A DNA stretch of 64,000 bases from Zancudomyces culisetae HAW-14-8 (taxonomy: Eukaryota > Fungi > Kickxellomycota): positions 1 through 64,000 of the forward strand of contig JBNJNM010000012.1 of assembly GCA_052426225.1 (NCBI GenBank), written 5' to 3'. Positions 1-10,063 of this stretch are shown piece by piece. Each line of letters begins with the position of its first letter. The first letter of the stretch is position 1. Position numbers and translations under genes: made by a program. The notes under the pieces are model-generated. The model did not search any database. It saw only the letters and a list, made by a program, of their open reading frames with translations, and was not told the origin of the DNA.

Positions 1-1269
1 CCCCTCTAACCCTACCCTAACCCTAACCCTAACCCTAACCCTAACCCTAACCCTAACCCTACACCCTAACCCTAACCCTAACCCTAACCCTACACCCTAC
101 CCTACCCTACACCCTAACCCTACCCCTAACCCTAACCCTACCCCTAACCCTAACCCTAACCCTAACCCCTAACCCTAACCCTAACCCTACCCTAACCCTA
201 ACCCTAATCCTAACCCTAACCCTAACCCTAACCCTAACCCTAACCCTAACCCTAACCCTAACCCTAACCCTAACCCTAACCCTAACCCTAACCCTAACCC
301 TAACCCTAACCCTAACCCTAACCCTAACCCTAACCCTAACCCTAACCCTAACCCTAACCCTAACCCTAACCCTAACCCTAACCCTAACCCTAACCCTAAC
401 CCTAACCCTAACCCTAACCCTAACCCTAACCCTAACCCTAACCCTAACCCTAACCCTAACCCTAACCCTAACCCTAACCCTAACCCTAACCCTAACCCTA
501 ACCCTAACCCTAACCCTAACCCTAACCCTAACCCTAACCCTAACCCTAACCCTAACCCTAACCCTAACCCTAACCCTAACCCTAACCCTAACCCTAACCC
601 TAACCCTAACCCTAACCCTAACCCTAACCCTAACCCTAACCCTAACCCTAACCCTAACCCTAACCCTAACCCTAACCCTAACCCTAACCCTAACCCTAAC
701 CCTAACCCTAACCCTAACCCTAACCCTAACCCTAACCCTAACCCTAACCCTAACCCTAACCCTAACCCTAACCCTAACCCTAACCCTAACCCTAACCCTA
801 ACCCTAACCCTAACCCTAACCCTAACCCTAACCCTAACCCTAACCCTAACCCTAACCCTAACCCTAACCCTAACCCTAACCCTAACCCTAACCCTAACCC
901 TAACCCTAACCCTAACCCTAACCCTAACCCTAACCCTAACCCTAACCCTAACCCTAACCCTAACCCTAACCCTAACCCTAACCCTAACCCTAACCCTAAC
1001 CCTAACCCTAACCCTAACCCTAACCCTAACCCTAACCCTAACCCTAACCCTAACCCTAACCCTAACCCTAACCCTAACCCTAACCCTAACCCTAACCCTA
1101 ACCCTAACCCTAACCCTAACCCTAACCCTAACCCTAACCCTAACCCTAACCCTAACCCTAACCCTAACCCTAACCCTAACCCTAACCCTAACCCTAACCC
1201 TAACCCTAACCCTAACCCTAACCCTAACCCTAACCCTAACCCTAACCCTAACCCTAACCCTAACCCTAA
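1..1269. repeat. Telomeric array (CCCTAA)n = (TTAGGG)n, chromosome end
   Basis: Continuous CCCTAA hexamers from base 1. There are a few indel variants in the first ~220 bp and the array is perfect thereafter. Confidence 0.99.
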
Positions 1270-1560
1270 CCCTATCCCTATCCCTATCCCTATCCCTATC
1301 CCTATCCCTATCCCTATCCCTATCCCTATCCCTATCCCTATCCCTATCCCTATCCCTATCCCTATCCCTATCCCTATCCCTATCCCTATCCCTATCCCTA
1401 TCCCTATCCCTATCCCTATCCCTATCCCTATCCCTATCCCTATCCCTATCCCTATCCCTATCCCTATCCCTATCCCTATCCCTATCCCTATCCCTATCCC
1501 TATCCCTATCCCTATCCCTATCCCTATCCCTATCCCTATCCCTATCCCTATCCCTATCCC
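1270..1560. repeat. Variant telomeric block (CCCTAT)n = (ATAGGG)n, 48 copies plus CCC
   Basis: Abrupt in-register switch from CCCTAA to CCCTAT at 1270. The block is homogeneous to 1560. Confidence 0.97.
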
Positions 1561-1816
1561 GTTCCATATCCCAAAATCAATCGAATCTTCATGAAAACTG
1601 CTAACATAATCGCTTCTTTGACTGCAAAGTTATCAACCTGAATGAGAAACTCTACTAAAGAAGCTGAACTTGATAATAATTAGCAAAGTCCTATCACGCT
1701 TAAATACATTGCAGTTAAAAACAGTAACGCTCCTGGAACTCAAAAGCTAGCTAAAATCATTGAAGCTCGCTGTTTTACAATAATTTAAAATGCCATCAAT
1801 GAATAAATAAACAGAA
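1561..1816 (+). pseudogene. Decayed coding relic abutting the telomere; putative 5'-truncated ORF1 of a Penelope-like element (continues at 7816)
   Basis: One codon-like frame with 4 stops (VPYPKINRIFMKTANIIASLTAKLST*MRNSTKEAELDNN*QSP...KLAKIIEARC). Composition matches 7816-8300, the other flank of the LTR insertion. Confidence 0.45.
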
Positions 1817-2146
1817 TGTCATAAACTAATATTAAACAGTTTAATTTAAATTAACAAACAATATCAAACATGATTTGGATGAATCAGAAATATATTTTTA
1901 AACATGTTTAATATTGAAACTAGCACAAAACACAACTTTAAATTATATAGTTCATAATTTAACTACTTTCTATTTATGCAACATTTTAGTCTTTAATATT
2001 AAATTTATATATTACAAACAAAATATTTAAATTGCATACGTTATTATTTCAGAAAAACTTATCTGACATCAATTGTCAACATTAAATATATTTTATAGTA
2101 GTGCTAAATAATCACCAAATTACACCAAAATAGATAATTTCATGAA
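1817..2146 (+). repeat. 5' LTR of element 1
   Basis: Starts TGTCATAAACT and aligns along its length with 7492-7815. The 3' end is eroded. Confidence 0.9.
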
Positions 2147-2157
2147 GTTTGTCAGAT
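2147..2157 (+). promoter_or_regulatory. Self-priming primer-binding site (Tf1-type)
   Basis: GTTTGTCAGAT directly follows the 5' LTR. It is complementary to ATCTGACA(A/T)C inside the LTR (~2061 and ~7729). There is no TGG tRNA-type PBS. Confidence 0.7.
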
Positions 2158-2264
2158 CAATATATAATATCTTATACTATCTTGTCAGAGAATAATTACA
2201 TAGACCTAAATGCACTAGTAACAATGACTGTAAGTCATTTTAATTAATTAAATAAGATGGCAAT

Positions 2265-2652
2265 TGTCACGACTTGACACTAAGTACTATATGTTTACTT
2301 GGCTATGATTTATTTAATAATACTACGAGATGAAAAGTATTTTATTGCTAAAGTTTCTTAAAGCAATAAAATCTTTGTCCATATATAGTTTTACAATATA
2401 CAAAAATAATTGTAAAACATAATAAAATCTACACTTAAGCTATAACTTAAAACTAAATATTATTAATTGTCAGCTCCACAAATAACATATTAATATGGGG
2501 TAAAACCAAATTTTTTAAAATTATTAATTCTTACTCCATATTAATAATTTATTGATTATTAATTAAAAAGGAGAAAACGTTAATAAATTTAACATTTGCT
2601 ATTTTTAATAACATATTGTAAATAGCAATAATGTCATGAATGGATCATGACA
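2265..2652 (-). repeat. Solo LTR, family B, inserted at the start of element 1 gag
   Basis: Termini TGTCACGACTTGACA...TGGATCATGACA. Homologous to 43381-43741 and to the copies at 51.3-52.5 kb. Flanks GCAAT/GTAAC. Orientation inferred from the similar terminus next to a PPT at 44277. Confidence 0.8.
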
Positions 2653-3553
2653 GTAACCCAATTAGACGATCCTCATCTCCGTTAAATATGTTAAGAATTA
2701 ATCAAGCAAACGTGTTACCAGTGGCTAGAGAACCAAGAGTAGCAGATCCTGAATACTTTAGTGGCAATAGAGACCAACTAAGAAACTTTATAGCACAAGT
2801 CCAACTAGTCATACAAGCTCAACCCTCAAGATTTTCAACAGATACTCAGAAAGTCGTTTTTGCTTCTACTTTCCTTCGTGGTCCTGCTTTCTCGTGGTTA
2901 CAACCGTTTCTAGAATCTGATGATCATGAACCAATCCTGGAAAATTTTGACATTTTCATAAACAAACTTCATCGTGTTTTCGGAAATCCACACCAATCTT
3001 CAACAGCTGAACGTCAACTCAGAAAACTTCGCCAGTTGGGATCCGCAGCCACCTATGCTACTGATATTCGTCGTATTTCCACACTTATGTCCTGGCATGA
3101 CGCAGCACTCTGTAGCCAATTTTATGAAGGACTTAAAGAAGAGATTAAGGATTTATAAGCCCGTTTTGATAGATCAAACAACTTTTCAGAATTTATTGAC
3201 CTCGCCATAAAAATTGACAATAGACTATTTGAAAGAAACCTTGAAAAATCGTTTTGCCCTCGCCCAATGCACACTCAAAATTTGGATAACTCTACACCAT
3301 CAATAAACAATTTATTAACATAACACAGCCTCGGGTGCAACAAATGGAAATTGACGGAACTTCATCTCGTCGCCCACCACTCACTCAGACTGAAAAACAA
3401 CGCCGCCTCGATCTTAATCTTTGTCTATACTGTGGTAATCCTGATCATGTCATTTCATCTTGTCCTCGTCGCCCGCAAATAAAGGTACCAAATACTATAT
3501 TTGCAAGCATTATTAAGGAAAACAATTTAGCTCAAGTCAATTTTCGGACGTAG
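2653..3553 (+). pseudogene. gag: gag of element 1 (retrotransposon gag domain plus CCHC knuckle), interrupted by stops
   Basis: ORFs 2640-3158 and 3335-3553: PEYFSG..FLRGPAFSW..LRQLGSA, MEID, CLYCG..H..C. The first codons of the 2640 ORF come from the inserted LTR. Confidence 0.9.
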
Positions 3554-3769
3554 TCTTGAGTGTATCTAATTAACCCAAACCTTCCCTTACAACCAAAAAT
3601 CTTTATCCTTTAAGTATTGCCGGTAATGAAACATCCGGAAGTTTATATCAAGCTGAAGTAAATTTACCTTTACAATTTATCAATAAAATACACACTACTG
3701 AAATAACCAATCTAACACATATATTAAATGTAAAAGATTCATTCTACCAATCTAACTATAACTCTGAAA

Positions 3770-3980
3770 ATAAACCTGAAACCAAATCTGAAGTCAAACC
3801 TGAACTTAATACTGAAATCAAACCTGAACTTAAACCTGAACTTAAACCTGAACTTAAACCTGAACTTAAACCTGAACTTAAACCTGTAACCATATCTTAA
3901 CTTATAATTAAAAATAATCCCGTAATTCACTCATAACCTGAACTTAAGCCTGAACTTAAGCCTGAATTTAAGCCTGAATC
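3770..3980 (+). repeat. 12-bp minisatellite AAACCTGAACTT (KPEL repeats) in the gag-protease spacer
   Basis: Perfect copies at ~3820-3885 with degenerate copies on both sides. Confidence 0.85.
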
Positions 3981-4046
3981 TATACCTGACTGCAACTTAT
4001 AAATTAATTCCACAATCAATAAGAATCTGACCTGGAACATTTAACT

Positions 4047-7000
4047 ATGTCAACAAATAAAGTATACTCTCACCTTATAGTATCTGTAACCCTTCGGGTA
4101 AACAATAACCCGATAAAAATCGTTGCCATGATTGATTCGGGTGCAACTAATTGCTTCATTGATTCTACTTTTGCCAAGACTAATAACATTCCGTTAGTAT
4201 TAAAAAAATTATCAATTCCACTACTAGTAATTGCCGGAAGATTTATTTCGTTAGGCTCCATAACACTCAATACAATACCAATTCAACTTAACACCTATAA
4301 TCATCACAAAACTATATCTTTTGATGTAACCAAATTGGGAAAATACCCTGTAATTATTGGAATAAACTGGCTGAGAACCCATAATCCACACATAGAGTGG
4401 GATTTAGATATGTTGTATTTCATATCTGAATATTGCCAAAATAATTGTAGTAAACAACAAAATCTATGTTCTACACACACAATAACTTGCACATTAATTC
4501 CAGAAAATTCAGAAATAACACATATACCATCGAGATATTCTGAATTTAAAGATGTATTCGACGAAAAAGCAGCTAATAATTAACCATCTCATCGTACATA
4601 TGATCATAAAATTTCGTTAACACCAGGCTCACAACCACCATTTGGACCAATTTATTCAATATCTGTAACATAACTCGCAGCACTTCGTGAATATTTGAAA
4701 GAAAATTTAGACAAAGGTTTTATTCATCCTTCATCATCTCCTGCTGGCTCGCCTATACTTTTTGTAAAAAAGACTGATGGATCTTTAAGATTATGCGTTT
4801 ATTATAGAGGATTAAATAACTTGACAATTAAATACAGGTATCTCTTACCTTTAATCGGAGCGTTACTCGACAGATTCAGTCAAGCGAAAATGTTTTCTAA
4901 AATCGATTTAAGAGGCGCTAATAATGTATAAGAATCGCTAATGGAGAAGAATGGAAATCTGCATTTTGTACGAGATACGGTCACTATGAAAATAGAAATA
5001 TGCCATTCGGACTCTGCAATGCTCATGCATCGTTTTAATATTTCATGAAAGATGTATTATCTGACTGCTTAGATAGTTTTGCAGTAGTATATTTATATGA
5101 TATACTGGTATATAGTACAATTAGAATACTATATTAAGCATGTAAAAGAGTTATTAAGAAGACTCCGAAATAATTCACTATATGCTAAACTGGAAAAATG
5201 ACGAATTCACAAAACAGAAGTCGAATTTTTGGGATATATTGTTTCCGATAAAGGGGTAAGTATGGATATAACAAAGACAATAGCTGTAAATGCATGGCCT
5301 GCACCAACCTCAATAATAGTAATTCAAACGTTCCTTGGTTTTGCAAATTTAAATAGAAAATTTATATTGTATTATTCAAAGATTGTGACACCTATAACAA
5401 AATTGTTACGAAAAAATGAAAAATGGAACTGGAGCACTCAAGCACAAAACTCTTTCGATCAATTCAATAATGCATTTACAACTGCAACTATTTTAAAATA
5501 TTTTGATCTGAATAAATCAATTACTATCGAAACTGATGCATCAGACTTCGCAATTCAAGGAGTTATATCACAACGCAACGATAATAACAATTTACATCCT
5601 ATAGCATATTATTCCAGAAAGTTACAACCTGCTGAAATCAACTACGAAATTTATGATAAAGAAATGTTAGTCATAATTGAGGCTTTTAAAGAATGGAAAT
5701 CATACCTCGAAGGAGCATTACATCAAATTACGGTTTTAACTGACCATAAAAATCTAGAATATTTTACTACCACTAATACTAAGAATAGGCGTCAAGCACG
5801 ATGGGCTGAATTATTAGGAAATTCTAATTTCATTATTAAATACGCAACTGGTTCATCTAACGGGATACCCGATGCTTTGTCCCGACGCCCGGATCATTTT
5901 CCTAAAGAGGGGGGTGACGCTCTACGTAATAATAAAAGTTTGCTAAAGCCAGAACAATTGATAATTGCAGCAGTAGAACCATTGGTTGCTTATAAATTTG
6001 ATAAAAATATATTAAATAGTAGCTACAAAAAAGATATTAAAGTTAATTTCATTATTTCTAAATTGAAACATATGAACAATTCATTTAACTCTGAATATCT
6101 AAACATAAAGAATTATAAATGCGACAATGAAATATTTACTTTTAAATGTAAAACATAAATTCCAGATAACATTGAAATCAAACTACTACTACTCAACCAA
6201 TTTCACGATTCGTCTATTGCTGGACACTCGGACATTCTAAAACCTTTGAACTGATTTCAAGATACTATTATTGGTCAAAAATGAGAATAATGATTAAAAA
6301 TCATATTAACTCATGCGATCAATGTTGCAGATGTAAACCGATATGACACTAACCAAATGGTCAACTACAACCTTTACAGATTCCAGAAAAACCGTGGGAA
6401 TCAATTTCTATGAATTTTATTGTTGGGTTACCATTGTCACAAACTTACGATTCAGTATTGGTTATTATAGATAGACTAACAAAAATGGCGCATTTTATTC
6501 CAACAAATAACAATATCAACGCACCACAAACAGCAAAACTATTTATCAATAACATATTTAAACTTCACGGACTGCTAAAAGATATCGTCTCTGATAGTGG
6601 TTCTATCTTCACTTCAAAATTTTGGAATACTATTACCAAAGTATTAAATATAAAATTAAATATGTCAACAGCATACCATCCACAAACGGATGGTCAAACG
6701 GAACGAGTAAACCAAGTTTTAGAACAGTATATCAGTTTTATTGTAACTACAACCAAACATACGGGCATGATTTATTAGCACTTGCAGAATTTGCATATAA
6801 TAACTCAGAACACTCAACTACAAAATTTTCACCATTCTACGCTAATACTGGATATCATCCTTCAATATTTCCATCAAATATTTTGACTTCACCCAGTAAC
6901 TCGCCCATAATCACAGATTTAACTCAGAAAATGTCACAAATTTACAAGGAACTTATAAAAAATATTAAAAAATGCAAATGAAAGATATGCTAAAGCATAT

Positions 7001-7479
7001 AATAAAAACAGACAAACAGAACCCGAGTTTAATATAGATTCAAAAGTGTGGATAAATATAAATATATTAAAACTAACAGACCAAATAACAAACTAGATTA
7101 TACTAAATTAGGTCCATTCACAATAGTTATATAATTAAGCAAAGTAGCATACGAACTTCAACTTCCTACGACTATGAAAGTACATCCTGTCTTTTACGTT
7201 TCCCTTCTAGAACCAGTAACTAACAACACTATTGAAGACCGAATTCATGAAACTCCATTACCGGTACTAGTTGATGGAATATCAGAATACAAAGTCGAAC
7301 AAATATTAGACAGTCGTATTAAATATAATAAACTACAATATCTAGTGGACTGGAAAGGGTACGATGCAATCGAAAAAACTTGGTAACCAGCCGAACATCT
7401 AACAAATACAAAAGAACTTGTGGAAAAGTACCATAATGAAAACCCGAATAAACCAATGTCGCTCAGAGATCGACACTAA
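4047..7479 (+). pseudogene. pol: pol of element 1 (PR-RT-RH-IN-chromodomain), fragmented
   Basis: ORF fragments at 4047, 4695, 5229, 6410, 6622 and 7174 in gypsy domain order. Confidence 0.93.
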
Positions 7480-7491
7480 GAGCGTGAATAC

Positions 7492-7815
7492 TGTCATAAA
7501 CTAATATTAAACAGTTTTAATTTAAATCAACAAACAATATCAAACATGATTTGGATGAATCATAAATATGTTTTTAAACATGTTTAATATTGAAACTAGC
7601 ACAAAATACAACTTTAAAGTATTTTAATAATAACTACTTTCTATTTATGCTACATTTTAGTCTTAAATATATATTTATATATTCAAACAAAAAGTTTAAA
7701 TAGCATATATTATTCTTTCTGAAAACTTATCTGACAACAAGTGTCAACAATAAATATATTTTATAGTAGTACTTAATAATCACCAAATTACACCAAAATA
7801 TACAAGTTTATGACA
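7492..7815 (+). repeat. 3' LTR of element 1
   Basis: TGTCATAAACT...AGTTTATGACA (11-bp terminal inverted repeat), preceded by a purine-rich tract. Confidence 0.93.
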
Positions 7816-9421
7816 CTGATAAACAAAAAAAGTAAAGTACTCTATACTAACATCACTTTAGATTTAAAATCATTGCTTCTATTACTTCACTTGCTGATAC
7901 AATCACAAAATTTGAAGCTGACCTCCTCAATATCTTTTAAATTTAACTTCAAATTTTTAAGATTAATTTCAACTCAGAAAACTAAAAAATCGGAAAATTG
8001 CTGAAGCTAAGAAGGCTATAAAGAAACGAGAACTAGAACATAACTTGTTGACCGTAGATACACAAGATAGTTTAAAAGACAAAGATATGTATATTATGGC
8101 AACAAATTGCGTCGAAACCATCAACCAACAAAACCAAAATATCAAAGATTATTGCAGAAGTAAAATCACAAAGGATAGCTAAAAAACTACAAATCCAACA
8201 AAAGACATTCAATTAACAATAAATAAAGAGTAATTAACAACACAAATCTATACAAAAGTTTACATGGCGCCAAAGAAGGAATCACAACATAATATTCAAA
8301 AAGAAAGTAAAACACAGTTTTTACTTCAAATATCATTACCATCAACAATTACTAAGTAACTTTACCAAAAATACAACAAAGTCAACTAAAAATTATTCAG
8401 CTATATTTACTTTTGTTCACAACATGACTTCCAAATCTGATAGTAAACAGCTTATATTAAAAAATTGAATTAAACACATATCTCAATTACTTAACAATGA
8501 AGTACATTACATTGACCTTTCTTTTTATAATACCACTCTTCTTTTTACCAAAAGTTATATTACTTTAACAACTTTGATGACAAATTTAAGAAATTAAACT
8601 GAAATGCTTGAGTAAAAATTTTTAATACCATCACTCCTAAACTCACAGTGAAAATTAAATCTTTATACCAAAAGTTATCAATGATATCACTATGACGGAA
8701 GTATTAACATAATATAATAATATCACATGGCCCTGTAATTATGGATACACTAGAATATCACAAACAAGTATTGATAATATTAAACAACAATAACAATAAT
8801 GTACAAATTTGTGATAACTCAGATGACATCGATGATCAAGTATTTAATAATACATCTATAAATACTAATTAACTTCTTTTCTACAATTTATTATCGAAAA
8901 AGCTAAAAAGTCTACTACATAAAGACAATTAATCTATTACCGAATAACTACATATTAATTAAAATCCATATAACGCTAATTGAATTTCGACCAATTACAT
9001 CTGCTACCAATTGGATAATAAACATTCTATATAAAACAATAGAATATATTAATTGGTTAAGAAAACCCAGTAATCTAAAAATTATCTAGAATTGATCAAA
9101 CACTTGAAAACAAAGTTATTCCTAATAACTACATCATAGGATCATTCGATGTTGATACTTAAAATCATTAATTAGAATCAAAACTATGTCAGTACTATTA
9201 TTATATTGACCAAATCTCAATAAATAACTCATGCCACAAATATTATTTGTGAATCCAACTATTTTATGTATCATAAAACTGTATTTAAATATATTATTGT
9301 TATCAAAATGAGATTAATGCAACAGACCTATGGGCAATGTTTATATTTCAACCGCAAGATATTATTTTGAAAAAATATTTCATTCATTAATACAGAAATA
9401 TTAACAATAATTCTTGATAAC
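7816..9421 (+). mobile_element. Decayed Penelope-like element (PLE): coiled-coil ORF1 relic (7816-~8300) and reverse transcriptase relic (~8320-9421)
   Basis: Hand translation gives GPVIMDTLEY..L (8729), PNNYILIKIHITLIEFRPITSATNW (8940-9014), IIGSFDVDT (~9133), ICESNYFMY..IKMR (~9245), PMGNVYI, and YRNINN = eroded YRYIDD (9391-9408). Order and spacing fit PLE RTs. Upstream are helical K/E/A-rich stretches (RKIAEAKKAIKKRELEH). It appears cut at 9422 by a TGTTA-starting sequence. Confidence 0.75.
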
Positions 9422-9710
9422 TGTTAATAACAACGAGATGTTTATAACTGAGACTATGGGTTTGTTATTCTTATTATGAATTTATTAGTAGATGTATGTA
9501 TTTAAAATAATATATTTTTAGATGAGTTATTAAATTTATATATTTCTCTGATGAATACAACGGAATTTCGATGTTTATATAATTTATTATACAAGAAATT
9601 TACTATGATGAAAAACTAAAAGACAATATATTTTAGCAATAAAAATTTGATTATGTATAATCAATTTAGAATAGATATCTACTTATCGTTTAACTTATAT
9701 TTTCATTTGT

Positions 9711-9835
9711 TGATTTTAACATGGATGTAGTTTATCGATTTTAACATTGATTTAGTATATAAATTTAAACATTGATTTAGTATATAAGTTTTAACATTCA
9801 TTTTGTATATCGATTTACCATTGATTTTATTTATT
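9711..9835. repeat. ~25-bp minisatellite, ~5 degenerate copies (GATTTTAACATTGATTTAGTATAT-like)
   Basis: Direct tandem copies visible in the sequence. Confidence 0.75.
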
Positions 9836-9854
9836 ATTTTCGCATAGATATTAT

Positions 9855-10063
9855 TGTCGTGATATCGGTAACTATATTATGTATCTTTACTAACTTAACC
9901 ATATGGCTATATGATTACTTAACTTAACCTTAACTAACTACTTTACTGAATACCCTATTTCACTTGTGCGTCTTTAAGCACTTATATATATTTAAATATG
10001 TATTGAATTAATTATGCTCCTACTCCGTGTTTCATGTTTCTGAATGTGAACGGTGTCACGACA
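9855..10063 (-). repeat. 3' LTR of element 2 (209 bp)
   Basis: TGTCGTGA...TCACGACA inverted termini, adjacent to the PPT. Confidence 0.85.

Larger units (their letters stand above)
1817..7815 (+). mobile_element. Full-length but decayed Ty3/gypsy chromovirus (element 1; Tf1/sushi-like)
   Basis: Paired LTRs; gag with CCHC (CLYCGNPDHVISSC); protease IDSGA; RT; RNase H (ETDASD, TDHKNL); integrase (HPQTDGQTER); chromodomain (YKVEQILDSR..YLVDWKGY). Many stops and frameshifts. Flanks CAGAA/CTGAT are a possible decayed TSD. Confidence 0.96.

Noticed and set aside
107-1567. 486-aa ORF as an annotated gene
   Set aside because: It is the stop-free reading of telomeric repeats. Kept only as a low-weight finding.
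2640-2652. MDHD as the true gag start
   Set aside because: These codons lie inside the terminus of the inserted family-B LTR.
9548-9580. CTGATGA...GAA as a PLE hammerhead ribozyme
   Set aside because: There is no convincing stem II, GAAA core or stem III, and it lies in sequence that looks like a separate insertion.
9711-9835. CRISPR-like array
   Set aside because: The repeats are directly tandem with no unique spacers, and the context is eukaryotic.
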